A DNA stretch of 64,000 nt, taken from positions 1 through 64,000 of the forward strand of contig KZ538627.1 in the NCBI GenBank assembly GCA_000934665.2. Reading direction: 5' to 3'. How positions within the stretch are numbered: the first letter of the stretch is position 1; each line of letters begins with the position of its first letter. A program made the translations under genes and the position numbers. Shown one piece after another: positions 63,514-64,000 of this stretch. This stretch comes from Catajapyx aquilonaris (lineage: Eukaryota). The notes under the pieces are model-generated. The model saw only the letters and a program-made list of their open reading frames with translations, had not been told where the DNA came from and did not search any database.

Positions 63514-63738
63514 CAAGGAGTTCCAAGTTCGTGTGTCGTTTTTAGTTATATTGACATCGCCCGAAGGAGTTAGTTATTGTAGCTTGTTGTGCCACGATCC
63601 AGTTGCCTCAGTAGGCCTACTATGTAGCAGTGCTGGCTATAGAATAGGGCAACTTCTTAGGGGCACAAGCTACAAAAAATAACAGCTTTGAGCGAAATTT
63701 CCTATAACTGAAGGGACTAATACACTTGGAACACCTTG
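63514..63738. mobile_element. Tc1/mariner-type MITE, full-length imperfect hairpin
   Basis: TA|CAAGGAGTTCCAAGT ... ACTTGGAACACCTTG; internal arms pair (TTGTAGCTTGT / ACAAGCTACAA; AGTTGCC / GGCAACT). Confidence 0.7.
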
Positions 63739-63756
63739 GAACAGTAGCAGCTATAA

Positions 63757-64000
63757 GGGGCGACATGGTGGTCTAGTAGTTACGCCACTGGCCAGCCAAG
63801 CGGGAGGCCGGGGTTCAAATCCCGTCCCCGTCACCTCTGCTTGGCCGGGTCTTTTTCCGCTTTTCACCCGACATGCCGGAGCAGAAATGCACTCCCTTCT
63901 CTGCTCAGGGCCAGGAGAAAAGGCCTGGTGTTTAAAGAATGTCAGAAATGGCTATCGCACGGGGCCCTCCCTTGTGAACTTCCCCTTCCCTCCCCAAGAT
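63757..64000 (+). mobile_element. tRNA-derived SINE, cut off by the window end
   Basis: A box TGGTCTAGTAG and B box GGTTCAAATCC at tRNA-like spacing, followed by a non-tRNA body. Confidence 0.7.

Overview
Eukaryotic, almost certainly arthropod, genomic DNA: it has TTAGG telomere-type repeats, tRNA-derived SINEs and a DIP-family gene. The only convincing protein-coding sequence is three + strand exons (46095-46201, 52893-53078, 58487-58679) of an IgLON-type adhesion gene closely resembling Drosophila DIP-alpha. They encode Ig domain 1 and the first part of Ig2. The signal-peptide exon and the downstream exons were not found, so the first 46 kb is probably intron or upstream DNA. The rest is a mosaic of roughly 35 degenerate, mostly AT-rich minisatellite blocks alternating fairly regularly with GC-rich unique islands. 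It also holds many non-autonomous DNA transposons (several are full-length hairpins), three tRNA-derived SINEs and decayed Tc1/mariner transposase relics. The most unusual locus is 18.47-19.87 kb. It is a tandem array of tRNA-Lys(CTT) copies with genomically encoded CCA ends, joined by a constant linker that looks like an LTR-end/primer-binding-site junction. The array is bracketed by a 10-bp inverted repeat and followed by four CTCF-like motifs spaced 30-31 bp apart. Other arrays are also built from recognisable transcription-factor motifs (DRE TATCGATA, CCAAT, GCCATTTT+TGACGTCA). All family assignments were made by eye; no database searches were run.
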